From: Podarcis cretensis
Lineage: Eukaryota
Length of the DNA: 64,000 bases
Assembly: GCA_951804945.1 (NCBI GenBank)
Contig: OX638151.1
Location: 73,222,001-73,286,000 of the forward strand
Direction: 5' to 3'
Under the pieces are notes generated by a model that made no database searches, was not told the origin of the DNA, and worked only from the letters and a program-made list of their open reading frames with translations. Made by a program: the position numbers and the translations under genes. This document shows, piece by piece, positions 1 to 12,053 of the stretch; positions within the stretch are counted from its first letter, which is position 1, and each line of letters starts with the position of its first letter.

Positions 1-441
1 TCTAGCTTTATATTCAGTATCGCAGGCATCAACAGGGTAGCCAGTTTTAACTGGATCATAGACATGCTTCCTCATCTTATTGGCTCATAATTACAGACCA
101 ATAAGGGTTGAATTTCACCCAAATTGTAGTGATTGGGTAAGGAGGGATTGTAAAAGGTAGCAAAGCTCTGTGGCAGTCCTGAAAAGAAAGGTACTGTCAA
201 GTGACAACTGCTAAGTGCAAGTAGAATAGTCAGATGTGGGGATTAAGTGGAAGCTAGCAGTAAGGAGAAAAAAATATTAATCGCCACAATGTAACTGGTG
301 AGAAAAATACAAGAAGGTAAGTGACTACATGTTGCTATTTTACCTAATACTTAAGTGACTGGCTAATCTTTAAAATAGCTGATCTTAAAAAATAAAAGAT
401 GAATAGTGAAAATTGCGTGTGTTGTATCTATCCCTTTCTAG

Positions 442-3400
442 ACAATCCGTTGAACAATGAGAATTCTCGAACCTCCATAATTGCAACAAGCAAAACATCT
501 GTAAAGTCTTCGATTTTTCATAAAGATGCTGCTACTCTGGAACCACCTTCTTCTGCTAAGATTACCTTTCAGTGTAAACACACAAGTGCCCTTTCTTCTC
601 ATATTTTGAACAATGATGACTTAGAAGGGCTTTCTCAGCCAAACAAAGGAGACATAAGACCTGAATTGTCAGTCCATTCTCTTACAAAAGAAAGCACTTA
701 CAATGTGAAATACCCAACATCCTTCAATAATATTCTCCATTCTGAAAATTCACACACAGAAAGTAATAAAAGTGAAATATTCCCTGCTTCGTGTGAAACA
801 GTTTATGAAGACATTTCCTCAGTAAGTAGACATTTGCCTCACAGAAAGTACACTGGAATAAGAAAAACTACAAAGGATTTATCTCTGCATATGAACCACC
901 AAATGGGTGAAAGTTTTTCGGTTCAAAATTCTAACTTTTCAGATTTGGTCCACTCCAAAAATAAAGCATCCTATGAAGCAAATAAAAAAGCCAGCAACAC
1001 AAATACAGATAATCTCTTCCCAGCACTAGAAAACTGTGAAATGGTGTCTTGCTCAGAGGGTAATCGAACTAGTATTTATTCTGCTGAAGGTAGCACTGAT
1101 GGAGATGGCCTTAATAACCTTAAAATTAGATATGAAGAATTTCAGGAGCACAAAGCTGAAAAAACAAATGTTAATCAACAAGCAGCGCATTACATGTTCT
1201 TTCCTAGTGTTGTTCTTTCTAATTGTCTCAGTCAGCCACAAAAATTAAGTCCTGTTACATATAAATTGAAAAAAGGCAAGAAACAATCTAGGTTAAAACT
1301 AAATAAAAAGAAAGTAATTCTTAGCAATCAGCCGTCTACAACTATCAGCGATATTGCTTCCACAAAAGAGAGCTGCTATGTACAAGGTAATGCTAGTAAT
1401 AACATTCCTGATAAAGACAGTTTGTTACCAAATGATATCATTCAAGTTTCTCCTGGTGCTTCAGAAAATAAATTGTCTGTGGATACAAGTAATTGTATTG
1501 ACTGCCATTTTGAAGATGGAGCTGATGGTGCTCGAGAATCTGAGCAGGCGTTTGGGCTATGTGGAAATAAATACACACTCAGAGCTAAACGCAAGATAAA
1601 TTATGAAACCGAAGACAGTGAATCTAGCTTTGGTGTGCATAATTCAAAAATTAGCCTACCTCATTCTTTGGAAAATGATGAAAATATTGATGGGTCAAAA
1701 AAATGTCGAAAACGAAGAAAACTTTCTAAAAAATTACCACCTGTTATTATAAAATATATTATTATAAATAGGTTCAGAGGGAGGAAAAATATGCTTGTTA
1801 AACTAGGAAAAATAGATTCTAGTGAGGAGCAAGTTACACTTACAGAGGAAAAAATGAATCTATATAAAAAACTTGCACCTTTAAAGGACTTTTGGCCAAA
1901 AGTTCCTGATTCACCTGCAACCAAATATCCTATTTATCCATTAATGCCAAAGAAAGGTCACAAAAGAAAAGCAAAATGCAAGTCAACCAAGAAAAAGGTT
2001 GGAAAACTGCAAAACATGAACAGTAAAAATATTAAAAGAACCCTATATTTCAGAAGAAGAACCTCTGCCTTTCTGTCTCCCCCTCTACCATCATATAGCA
2101 CTGAAGCTGAAGACTGTGACTTGAACTATAGCGATGTTATGTCTAAATTAGGCTTTCTGTCAGAAAGAAGTGCAAGTCCAGTTAATGTATCCCCACCTCG
2201 CTGTTGGTCTCCCACTGACCCAAATGCAGAAGAAATTATTAATAATCTAGAAAAAGAAACATTAGTGTTTAAAAATGCTACCACATATAGCACTAAGACT
2301 GTTAATTCCCATACAGGAAAACATAGTCAAGCAAAAGCTCAGACTAAAAAATGTAAAAAGCAATTTGTTAATACTACTGTTAGAGTTAATAAAAAGATTA
2401 GGAATAATCTGACTAACAAAACCGGAAATGAGGTGAAGAGAAAGCCTAGAGCAAAACAAAAACAAAAAATAGAAAAAGTGTCAAAGTTGATGACAGTAAC
2501 AGATGAAAAAAGTAGTATTCCTCCTTCAACTGAGGTTAAACTTGTGCTGAACCACCATGATTTACCTGAGAATGCTCACAGCTTGGGAAACTCGCAGCCA
2601 CTTTGTACCCAAAAAGATATCCAAGCAACTGGCTGTTCAACAGGGCATCTACCATCAGCACAACTGCCATTGACAGCTCATGCACAAGTAAATCCATTGA
2701 TATATTTCCATTCACTCTTGGAAAATGAAAAGCCTGTAGGATATCAAGGTTCCCTCCTGACACAGGAGGACCATCATCCAGCCATAACTTCTGTGGTGTC
2801 TGGAAAGGAAAAAGCCAAAATGAATTTCCAAAGAGCTACTAGTCAAAGTGGTATATTTAGGACAAAAGAACCAATTCAAAATAATTTATTTGACCAGTCT
2901 CACCATATATCTCAGGTAGCACTGAATGCATACAGTTCTAAAGATAGAATGCATAAAAAGGCTGAAGAGGTTACAAATTCGCAGTGCAGACTTTTATCCC
3001 CTGTTGGAAATGTAAATGAAAATTATATTTCTTCAGACGCAATGAAGATCGATCAGATTCATCCTAGTAAACTTTTGCATTGTAAAGATAATCAGCAGCA
3101 GATTGTTTATCTTCCAGAATCAACAAAAAATGCTGAGCATATTTCTTCTTTTTTTAAAACTTCTGAGGAAAGCCATGGATCTTTTCAGTTGCCAAAAAAA
3201 TGCTTTGTAGCTTCTTTGAGAAGTCCGGTTAAAAAGCTGGGATGGGAACAGAAACAAAGAGGATTTATTTTGGATATGTCACATTTTAACCCTGAAAAAT
3301 ATATAAAACAAAAGGGTCTGTCAGAAACAACCTCTCAAACCAAAGCTGATTCCCAGTGTAAAGGCAAGACACTGGTAACACCTTCAGCATTCAGTGAAGG

Positions 3401-4579
3401 ACATTCTGGCTTAGCTGTTCTTAAGGAATTACTTCAAAAAAGGCAACAAAAAGCAAATATAAACAACATACATGAGCAGTTATCATTTAAAACTCAGTTG
3501 AACAGAAGTGCTTCCTACCCTCTTGATCAAAACAAATCAGTTAAGAAATCACGTTCAGTTGCATCCCCAAGAAATCCTCGTACATCTAGGGATAAAAAAT
3601 CTAAAGAAAAAAATCTCAAGCTTTTAAAAGATTCTGCAAAGCAGCAAAACAGTAAGACTGGCCATGTGTTATCTGTTGATAGCCCGGTTTTTGGTTCAGA
3701 TCCAGGTTTTGAAAGTTGCTACTCACTTGAAGACAGCCTGTCACCTGATCATAATTACAATTTTGATATTAATACTATAGGACAGACTGGATTTTGCAGC
3801 TTTTATTCTGCAAGTCAGTTCGTCCCAGCAGATCAAAATCTACCACAGAAGTTTCTGAGCGATGTAACTCAGGACCTTTTTCCAGGTCAAGCAGCAGAAA
3901 TGGATCTTTTAAGTCACAATAGCAAAATTTCTAAGGAAGAAAACCATTATTCTTCAGACCCCACAGCTTGGTTAAGATCTGGTCCACTAAGTCCTCAGCT
4001 TTTTGATAAAAGGTGCCCAGATACGAATGAAAACCATCTCCACAGCCAGTGGAAAAATAACATTATTACATCAACATCTGAACCTAGCTTACCACTAGAT
4101 GTGCAACAGGCAGAGATGTGCCAAAAGGAACAATTTCAGTTGGAGAGAAATGCAGTGAAGAAAGGAATTTTTCTTAACCTTTCATCGCCAAATAGTGATT
4201 GGAGTCAAAACCACTTTAGAAAGGAAGCCACTTTTGAACCTGTTCAGTCACTTGATTCAATTAGTATATCTTTTTCTTCCATTTTATCATCACCGGATGG
4301 TGAACTTATGGATGCAGCTTCTGAAGATTTAGAGCTGTATATTTCAAGAAACAACGAGGCATTAACACCAACCCCAGATAGTTCACCTAGATCTACAAAT
4401 TCCCCCTCACAGTCAAAAAATGGAAGTTCTACACCTCGTGCTGCTCACATCCTTAAGCCTCTCATGTCACCCCCAAGTCGTGAAGAAATTATGTCAACTT
4501 TACTGGATCACGATCTTGCAGAAGCAATTTATCAGGAACCATTTTGCAGCAACCCTTCTGATGCACCAGAAAAGCCAAG
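442..4579 (+). CDS. REV3L: REV3L giant coding exon (4138 nt; equivalent to human exon 13); disordered central region with PSVVL motif, basic/NEXMIF-like segment and REV7-binding motif 1
   Basis: ORF 399..4583. Acceptor ctttctag|ACAAT, donor CCAAG|gtaatg. Recognisable REV3L peptides DNPLNNENSRT, PPVIIKYIIINRFRGRKNMLVK, ILKPLMSPPSREEIM. Gene 5' part lies upstream of the window. Confidence 0.97.
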
Positions 4580-4766
4580 GTAATGTGGTAATACCAGTGG
4601 ACTGTAGTCACATTTTTCTATTTTATACCTATGTATTTTTAGTTGGCTTTTACATAATTTATATAGTCATGGAAAAATTAGGTGTAGCTTTATTGTAGCA
4701 TTCTTTCCTGTTCCCTTAAGCAAGAGCCAGAATTGCATGGGGTTAAAGTAGCTCATTAATCTACAA

Positions 4767-4901
4767 CAGGGTTTCCAAAACTTGGATCTCCAACTGTTTT
4801 TGGACTACAATTCCCATCATCTCTAGCTAGCAAGATTAGTGGTAAGCCATTGTTGGAATTGTAGTCCAAAAAGAGCTGAAAACCCAAGTTTGGGAAATCC
4901 T
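4767..4901. mobile_element. Hairpin hAT-type MITE (ACTACAATTCCCA family)
   Basis: Long imperfect inverted arms including TTTTTGGACTACAATTCC / GGAATTGTAGTCCAAAAA. Confidence 0.8.
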
Positions 4902-4979
4902 AAGATTCTATAAAAAGAAAATATTCTGCTTTATCTTTGCAGATTCATAAATTCTGGGCACCTTGAAGAATTTAACATA

Positions 4980-5219
4980 GGGTTGTATTCAGTGTTGCAG
5001 GTGTAGAAAACAAACTTTAACAGTCAGTCTTACCTTTCCCCTCCTGCTTCCATTATCTATCTTGTAAAACCTCTCCTGAGGGTGGGGGCATGACATACTG
5101 TATTACACAAGGTTGAAGTTGGCAGGAGGTACCGCCCAAAATTGAGCAGAAGGACTTACAAGGGCAAAGGAAAAGATCTATTGTGGAAACTCCTGCTCAT
5201 GCAATACTGAATACAATTC
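4980..5219. mobile_element. MITE with about 20-bp TIRs
   Basis: GGGTTGTATTCAGTGTTGCA / TGCAATACTGAATACAATTC. Confidence 0.6.
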
Positions 5220-5429
5220 ATATTCATTAGCTATTGCTATGGGGAGTTGCTATGGGGAGTATTGAAATGTGAATCAAAACTTTAAATGTCTGTCCTTGAA
5301 ATGTTGATGACCTAATTTGGATATTGACAAATACAAGAGTTGATATTATGTGACGGAATCTTTTTTCCTGACAGTTCTTTTCTTCTAGTAAGATTTATTT
5401 ATTGTTAACTGAAAATAATATCTTCACAG

Positions 5430-6319
5430 AGAAATTGGAGGACGACTGCTTACAGTAGAAACCAGACTTCCAAATGACCTACTTGAGTTTGAGGGAGACT
5501 TCTCATTGGAAGGGCTGCGACTATGGAAGACTGCATTTTTGGCAATGGCACAAAGCCCTAGACCAGGTTCTCCACTTCGCAGTAGCCAATCCACTACTGA
5601 CAAAAAGCAAAGAAATAACCGTAAAACTAGTGAAGACAAAAAGATAGTGATCATGCCTTGCAAATGTGCACCAAGTTGCCAGCAAGTTCAGTCATGGCTG
5701 CAGGCAAAAGAAGATTATGAACACTTTAGGAAAAGAATGATTACCAAATCGATTGAGGTGGAAAAGGTTGATGAGAGTTTGAACTGCACGTCTTTTCCAA
5801 AAAACATGTGTTCTCAAATGGCCAAGGCAGTTGAGAATTCTATCTTGCCAAGCAAAAGTGTTGTAGCATCAGAAGGTACTTGTTTTTCATCCTCAAAGCC
5901 AATGCCAACACAAACCATGGAAAAGCATGATACAGATATCCCTGAAATGAGTAAGACTGCGCTGCTTGACACTGCAGCAATAGAAACAGACAGGGATGAG
6001 GAGAATTACGTTGATTATAGCTCCCCTGATTCATCAGTGCTTCCTCCTTGGCAACAAGTAACATCCCCAGATTCCAAACAATCTTCCTCAGAAGATTCAG
6101 AGGATATTTTATCCTCTATAGAAGAAAATGAAACATTAACAGATGGAGAACAGAAGCTTGTCAAAGAGGAAAGCAAGATACCCTTCACTGTCTCCCCATT
6201 TGTGAACAAAGGATGCAATAGTAATTCTGAAACTGCTTGCCTGCATAGTACACCCCTTAGAGAGGAAATGTGTAAAGGAGGAATAACTGAAACACCTGGA
6301 TTCACTCCATTATTACCAG
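5430..6319 (+). CDS. REV3L: REV3L exon containing REV7-binding motif 2 (IVIMPCKCAPS)
   Basis: cacag|A GAA ATT GGA continues PR|EIGGRLL in phase 2; donor CCAG|gtaaga. Confidence 0.96.
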
Positions 6320-6728
6320 GTAAGATTATGAAAGGAGTGGTTTGCAGAAATTGAAAGTGAAATTATGCAAACATATATGTACTTATGTAATAGAAGATAG
6401 GCAATAAAAGCCTGAAACCACTTATGGAAGTATTATTAGACAAGTAGTTTAAGGTTTACTAATAGAAAATAGCCTTAACCAGAATAACTTGATTTTTTCC
6501 ATAATATGTAATTAGCATGACCAAGGAAATGAAGATTAATTTTTATACTTGGGATAACTTTTAGGACCAGCCGTATAAGATGCTGCAGTGTCAGACCATT
6601 ATATGCCTTGATATTGTACTTAACATTTTGTAGCTTTTAAAAAATTAATTCCGTAATACTAAAGGATGCTTTAGTGTATTTTTGTTGTGGTAATCACTCA
6701 TTACTTTCTTCTCTTTCCTTCACCCCAG

Positions 6729-6811
6729 GACCAAACATTCAGAAATTGAATCCTAGAAGGAGAAGGAATGTTGATGCTTTTCGAAAAGTACTTTTAAGAA
6801 CTCAAGTCAAG
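6729..6811 (+). CDS. REV3L: REV3L exon (GPNIQKLNP...TQVK)
   Basis: ccccag|GA acceptor, AAG|gtaaaa donor; 83 nt restores phase 0. Confidence 0.92.
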
Positions 6812-7845
6812 GTAAAAATGGAATTGGATGCATTTTTATTAGGCTCAATTTTAGTTATTTTCTGAGTTCTGAAGTAAAATATTTTATCTCTTTATATTCC
6901 GGTAAGGATACTTCTGTACAATAATTATACTTCTATTTTTTCTTAATTGAAATTGCATCATAATATTTGCACTGAAAAGTGTCTTGATATCAACTGATGC
7001 AGAACACAGCAAGCGATTAACAGCATCTGACCATTGTGAACACATCAGTCTGCCGTTAAAAGAAAATCAGTAGCTCCCACTTTATTTCTGGACTCAATTC
7101 ATAATACTGGTTTGGATATATTTGAATACCGCAGGGCTCTAGCATGTTTTGTAAAACAGTCCTTCTGTTAGCAGAAATTGCATTCTGTGCCAGAAAAGTA
7201 CCTTTAACTCTTTGGTACTTACCTGTAGGTAACAAAATGATCCTGATTGTGAATAATGTTGATTCCCCCCCCCCCAAGTCAAATTCAGTATTAGTTTGAC
7301 TTTCCTTAGTGCTAAATACATTTAGAATGCATGCCGGGCACCTAGAACCTGATCTAGTCAGACTAGGGGACCCATTCCTATACACCTGCAGCAGCAAAGG
7401 ACCCCTTGGTCCTGTGGTGCAATTCCATGTGACTGATATGCATGTGTGAATACTGGAATCATGTTGATAGAGTTAGTTGCTTCCCTCCTCCAGCCTTTTA
7501 TTGCCTAGCCAGAAGTTAGGAAACAGTTGGTGCGCAACCTTACAAGATTTGCCATACCCATATGGTTGCTCCATTTAGACACACTCTTAGTGGTATGTCT
7601 AACCCTACAGTGAAATGGTTCTCATGCATGTGCATGTAAATAGAATAGAAGTTTGATATGGCAGGGCTTCTGTTCCTGGAAATGGGTATGAGTTAATATA
7701 TTTTATTAGTGTTAGCAACTGAAGAAAATGAGTAATCCAAATAATGAGTAATCCCAATAATTGAATTTGTTCAATAATTATACTTGGTAGAGTTAAGGCC
7801 TTAATCAGTGAAAAGTTTATTGTTGTCAATGTTTTATTTTTACAG

Positions 7846-7971
7846 AACCGATTCACTCCTTTAAATGCCCCAAAGAAAGAGACTTCTCAGATTGAAGGAC
7901 CATCATTAAACAACTCATATGGTTTTAAAATAAGTGTACAAAATCTTCAGGAAGCAAAGGCTTTACATGAG
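7846..7971 (+). CDS. REV3L: REV3L exon (NRFTPLN...SQIEGPSLNNSYGFK...ALHE)
   Basis: tttacag| acceptor, GAG|gtaatt donor, 126 nt open frame. Confidence 0.95.
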
Positions 7972-9639
7972 GTAATTTACAGTATTATTGAAGATGCTTT
8001 ACCTATGGTTGCATTTGTTTTTTCTATGTTTTAGCAATTCCTGGTTTTATCTGTAAGCTGCCTTGAGTCCTGTCAGGGGGAAAGGTGGATTATTTCTTTC
8101 ATTCTTCAGTCAGATTTAGCATTTAAGAGGGTTTGTGTTTTACTCAAACTGCTGTGGCAGTAACCAAAATTGGGCAGTTGCTGCTGTGGCAGTAACCAAA
8201 AAGTGAGATTCTTGATTTCTAATTTAAATACATCCAGGATTTAAGAATTTTAGTATATGACTGCTTATCTACTGGATTTATTTATTATATCGTACAGGCA
8301 GACTTCCATTTACTCACATTCAATATGTCCACAATTGTGTATATGTGCATTGTGCCAAACTTAGAAGTGATCCAGAAACAGCATAAAGACATCACTGAAC
8401 CATCACCAAAGGGGTGGAATGGGGTGTTTGCAGGCTTTTTCAATGAGTTTCAATTTTATGTGAGTTCACTGACCCTTGTGGTGCCTCGGAACATAACCCA
8501 CATGTAAATAGGGGGTTGCCTGTATTATATTTTTATCCGGCTCTTCAAACAAATACTGTCTCCCAAAACTGCTCACATCAGTAAAACAATGGCATGTCTT
8601 GTCATCAGACTAGCAAACTAAAAAGGCAAGATATCTGATGGAAGGAAAGGGAAAGGAAAGGAAAGGAAAAGAGAGAGGAGGAGGTTTGGTAATGTCAGGA
8701 TGAAGTTGTGAACTGGACCCAGCTGATCTTTCTTTGCTGCTTTGCTTGTATAGAAGTGGTGCAACTACCCAGTGGCTCTTTGTAGATAAGGAGATAGGCA
8801 AATCTTGGAGTAAAATGGTCAATATATATCAAATGTAACAGAAGTAAAGTTGTGTCAAAGTAATGCATGTAGCTTATGTGTAACACAAAATGGAATACCC
8901 AAGGAAGGCAAAAAAATGTGCTTTTTCACAGCTTATCTGGAGCCATTAAAAACATGCTTCTTGAACCCTCAAATGAGTAACCAGTTGTGACCTGGGGTAA
9001 ACTTGTGCCAAGCCCAGAGTGGATGAGTTGTACTGTCTGTCTGGCCCTGATATATGCAGAGCCTTATGTAGGCCTGCAAATCTCACTCATAAGACCCAGG
9101 AAACCTGGCTTCTGTGAGACTTTGTGTCATAGGTCCCATGAGATTTGGAAATCCCAGGTCTCACACTTTCCCTCCTTGGCATCGCAACAACCAAGGTAGG
9201 TGTGTTGGATGGACACTGAGTAATCTCCCTACCTGCAAACTTCTAGCCTCAACAAGCCTTGTTAACGTCACAGATCCTCTAGGCCTCTGGCTGGTGGCAG
9301 AAGCATTCTCATCACTTCTAAAGTCATGGGACAACTGGCAATTACAGCAAGAGTTCTTTCTGAAGGGAAGGAGGAAAGCAACCTTCCTGCAGCTGTTTCT
9401 TTTTCAGCTATCTAAAAATATTGCAGGCATTTAAAAAGTGAATCATTTAACATATCCCTGGAAATTGTTCTAAGAGTAGCAGATCTAGCAGGTGTAGGCA
9501 GCCTGGATATAGAACACAATATCCTCTTTGATGGTAACGAGACTTTGAGGTTTTTGGTTTCTAATCTAAATACAATCTGGAATAACAGATCTTTGCTTGT
9601 AACTTTGCTTGCCCTATGCTTTTGTTTATTACATTACAT

Positions 9640-9727
9640 CAGCCTTTGCCAATCTGGTCCCAGCCTGTGCTGACTGTGGTTGGTGGTAGTCCAAAATATA
9701 TGGAAAGCACCAGATTGGCAAAGGCTA
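9640..9727. mobile_element. Hairpin hAT MITE, internally deleted
   Basis: AGCCTTTGCCAATCTGGT / ACCAGATTGGCAAAGGCT; perfect 8-bp TSD CATTACAT. Confidence 0.85.
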
Positions 9728-10870
9728 CATTACATTATCTCTTGCACCGATGACCTGTGCTTGATTAGCATTAAGATTTTTCAGCTTGCGGAAAGTTAAC
9801 AACTTGATCTGATAAAATAATTTACTGTCCTGCTTTTCAGCTGCAGTTGGCTCCCCAAGCAGCTTGCATTTAAAATCCATAAAGCATACAATGTGTTAGA
9901 GATACATGGAGGTATCTGGCAGTTGATGTCATGGTATTCTCCAAGCTTATCCTCGAGTCTAGAGGAAGAGGGGGAAAGGACTTGCAGATGGAACGAAGGG
10001 CAGAATAATGGAAAACATGCCAACTCACAGAAGTCACCCTCCTGATTATCTGCAGTCTTTTCTTTTATATTCCCCTTACTTTGTGTCAAAACTAATTAGG
10101 TATAACTCATTTAATATGTATTTTCTTTGGATTTCACATTCAAATAATCCATGTATAATTTTTTCTGTTGAGTTATATTTTGATATGCTTTGTGTATTGT
10201 GAATGTAACCACCTGCCTTTAAAATAAATTTAATGTGAAGTCTAAATTTCAGAGCCATTCAAGCAGGGTGGATGCTATGTGTCAGTTTTCCTCTTGCACA
10301 CTGGTCATATCCTGAATTAGGTAAAAATATGTATTATTATGGTACATTGTATAATTGGACAATTCTTACTCTGTTTACATAGTGATTAAAAATTAGCTGA
10401 TGTGGGAGTTTCTGGGTATCTTGACTGTAATTTCTTATATGGATGCTTGTTTGGTAGTGATTGTATTTGAATATTAATATTTGGTTTTGGCATCCTGCTA
10501 AAAAAAATCCTCAGAAAGTGTGAAGACAGGGAATGACACAAGCTGTTTGAAATACAGTACTAACAAAATTTAATGCAGTGTATAAAATACATGGCTTCTA
10601 AGTATCAGATACCTGCTGCAGATTGGTACTTTTAAAAAATGCATAAATCTTCAATAGTAGGGAGCAACGGTCTAGATTTCCTATACTTATTTCATTTAAT
10701 CCCAGTTATTATAATTATCACAAAGCATACTCTATATTTTTTCTCAATTTCCACAAGCAAACATGAGGTTATTTTTATTGACCAGCATGTAAAATAAATT
10801 GATAGTTTCGTATTTGATTTGATTCAAAGGTATCTTAAAAGAAGATAACAATGTATACTTTTTGCTGTAG

Positions 10871-11069
10871 GTTCAACATCTTACACTTCTCAGTGTAGAG
10901 TTACATGCTCGAACAAGAAGAGACTTGGAGGCAGATCCTGAATTTGATCCTATCTGTGCTCTATTCTACTGCATATCATCTGACACACCGTTGCCAAATA
11001 CTGATAAAATGGAAATCACTGGTGCTATAGTGATTGATAAAGACAGAACAAGAACAATCTCAAGCCAAG
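10871..11069 (+). CDS. REV3L: REV3L exon (VQHLTLLSVELHARTRRDLEADPEFDPI...), inactive exonuclease-like domain
   Basis: ctgtag| acceptor; weak donor AAG|gttctt, chosen because its phase 1 matches the next exon. Confidence 0.92.
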
Positions 11070-11598
11070 GTTCTTATTTCAATTTTATTTTAGGAATTTA
11101 CTTCAGTGTTTGAATGTTGTCATATTTGGGTATTAATGAACAATATGAGAAAATGTGGCTTTGAAGGATCTTTGCTAGTGTTGTTTAAATTTATGTCATC
11201 TCACTGTCCAATCATGAGAAGCATAGTAATGGTTTCTACCTTATATCTTCCTGTGCACATTTGCAAGGGCTATAATGCTTTTAAATACCAATTAATAATA
11301 TATTAAACCAAAGTTTAATATTTCACGGCATGCTCCTGCAGAAGTCCAGAAGATATAAACAGGAAAACATGTCTTAGAAGGAAGTGCTCAAAACCCTTGT
11401 GCTGGACCAGTTCCTTTTAGTTTGCATTGGGACTGTTCGAGAACAGCAACTTTGGTAATCTGTCAAAATTGATTTTAGTAGAAATAGCAAGTTGATTTTG
11501 TTAAATATTGCATAAGGGTTGTTGTGTGGTTTTCTCTGATCTTTGTAGGGTCTAAACAGGGCCCTTATTGTATTGTACCTTTTTGGCTTTGTTTAGAC

Positions 11599-12053
11599 CA
11601 GTGATACTCAACCTGTGGCTCTAGAGCCGGATGCTCTTGAGGCCCTACAGGCGGCTCTCGCAGTGTAGGCATCTGATCGGCGCTCCATTCTATCAGGCAG
11701 CGCGGGGAGCACTGACCAAAGGACCGGCAGTGTGGGAGTCACTGAAGTACCTCCTCCCATAGGAGGAAAGCGAAGGAGCTGCTGGGATCTCCCCACAGGT
11801 AAGAATAGAAATTGCCTCCAACCCAGCAGCCATGGGGGGAGAATGGGGAAACCTCCCTCTTTTTCCCAGCAGCTAATAGAAACTGAAGATTACAAAATGT
11901 CTTGTAACATATGATATTTGTGGTGGGACGGCATCATCACAAATTAATGTAACATCATGATGCAAGGTTGCAATGTTGGTACTTGATGTTATGCTCTGCA
12001 ACAACAGTTAATGGTGAAGTGGCTCTCCAGCTGTTAAAGGTTGAGTACCACTG
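11599..12053. mobile_element. hAT (Charlie-like) non-autonomous transposon
   Basis: 16-bp TIR CAGTGATACTCAACCT / AGGTTGAGTACCACTG (1 mismatch); 8-bp TSD GTTTAGAC / GTTTAGGC. Confidence 0.9.

Noticed and set aside
399-441. ATG start of the 1394-aa ORF as a stand-alone gene
   Set aside because: MNSENCVCCIYPFL is intronic polypyrimidine/acceptor sequence; REV3L homology begins at 442 and the ORF is one exon
5234-5260. 13-bp tandem duplication TTGCTATGGGGAG
   Set aside because: Ordinary slippage duplication with no further structure
7205-7235. GGTACTTACCTGTA as a U1 snRNA 5' end or antisense exon donor
   Set aside because: Only a short match; no further U1 sequence and no supportable antisense exon
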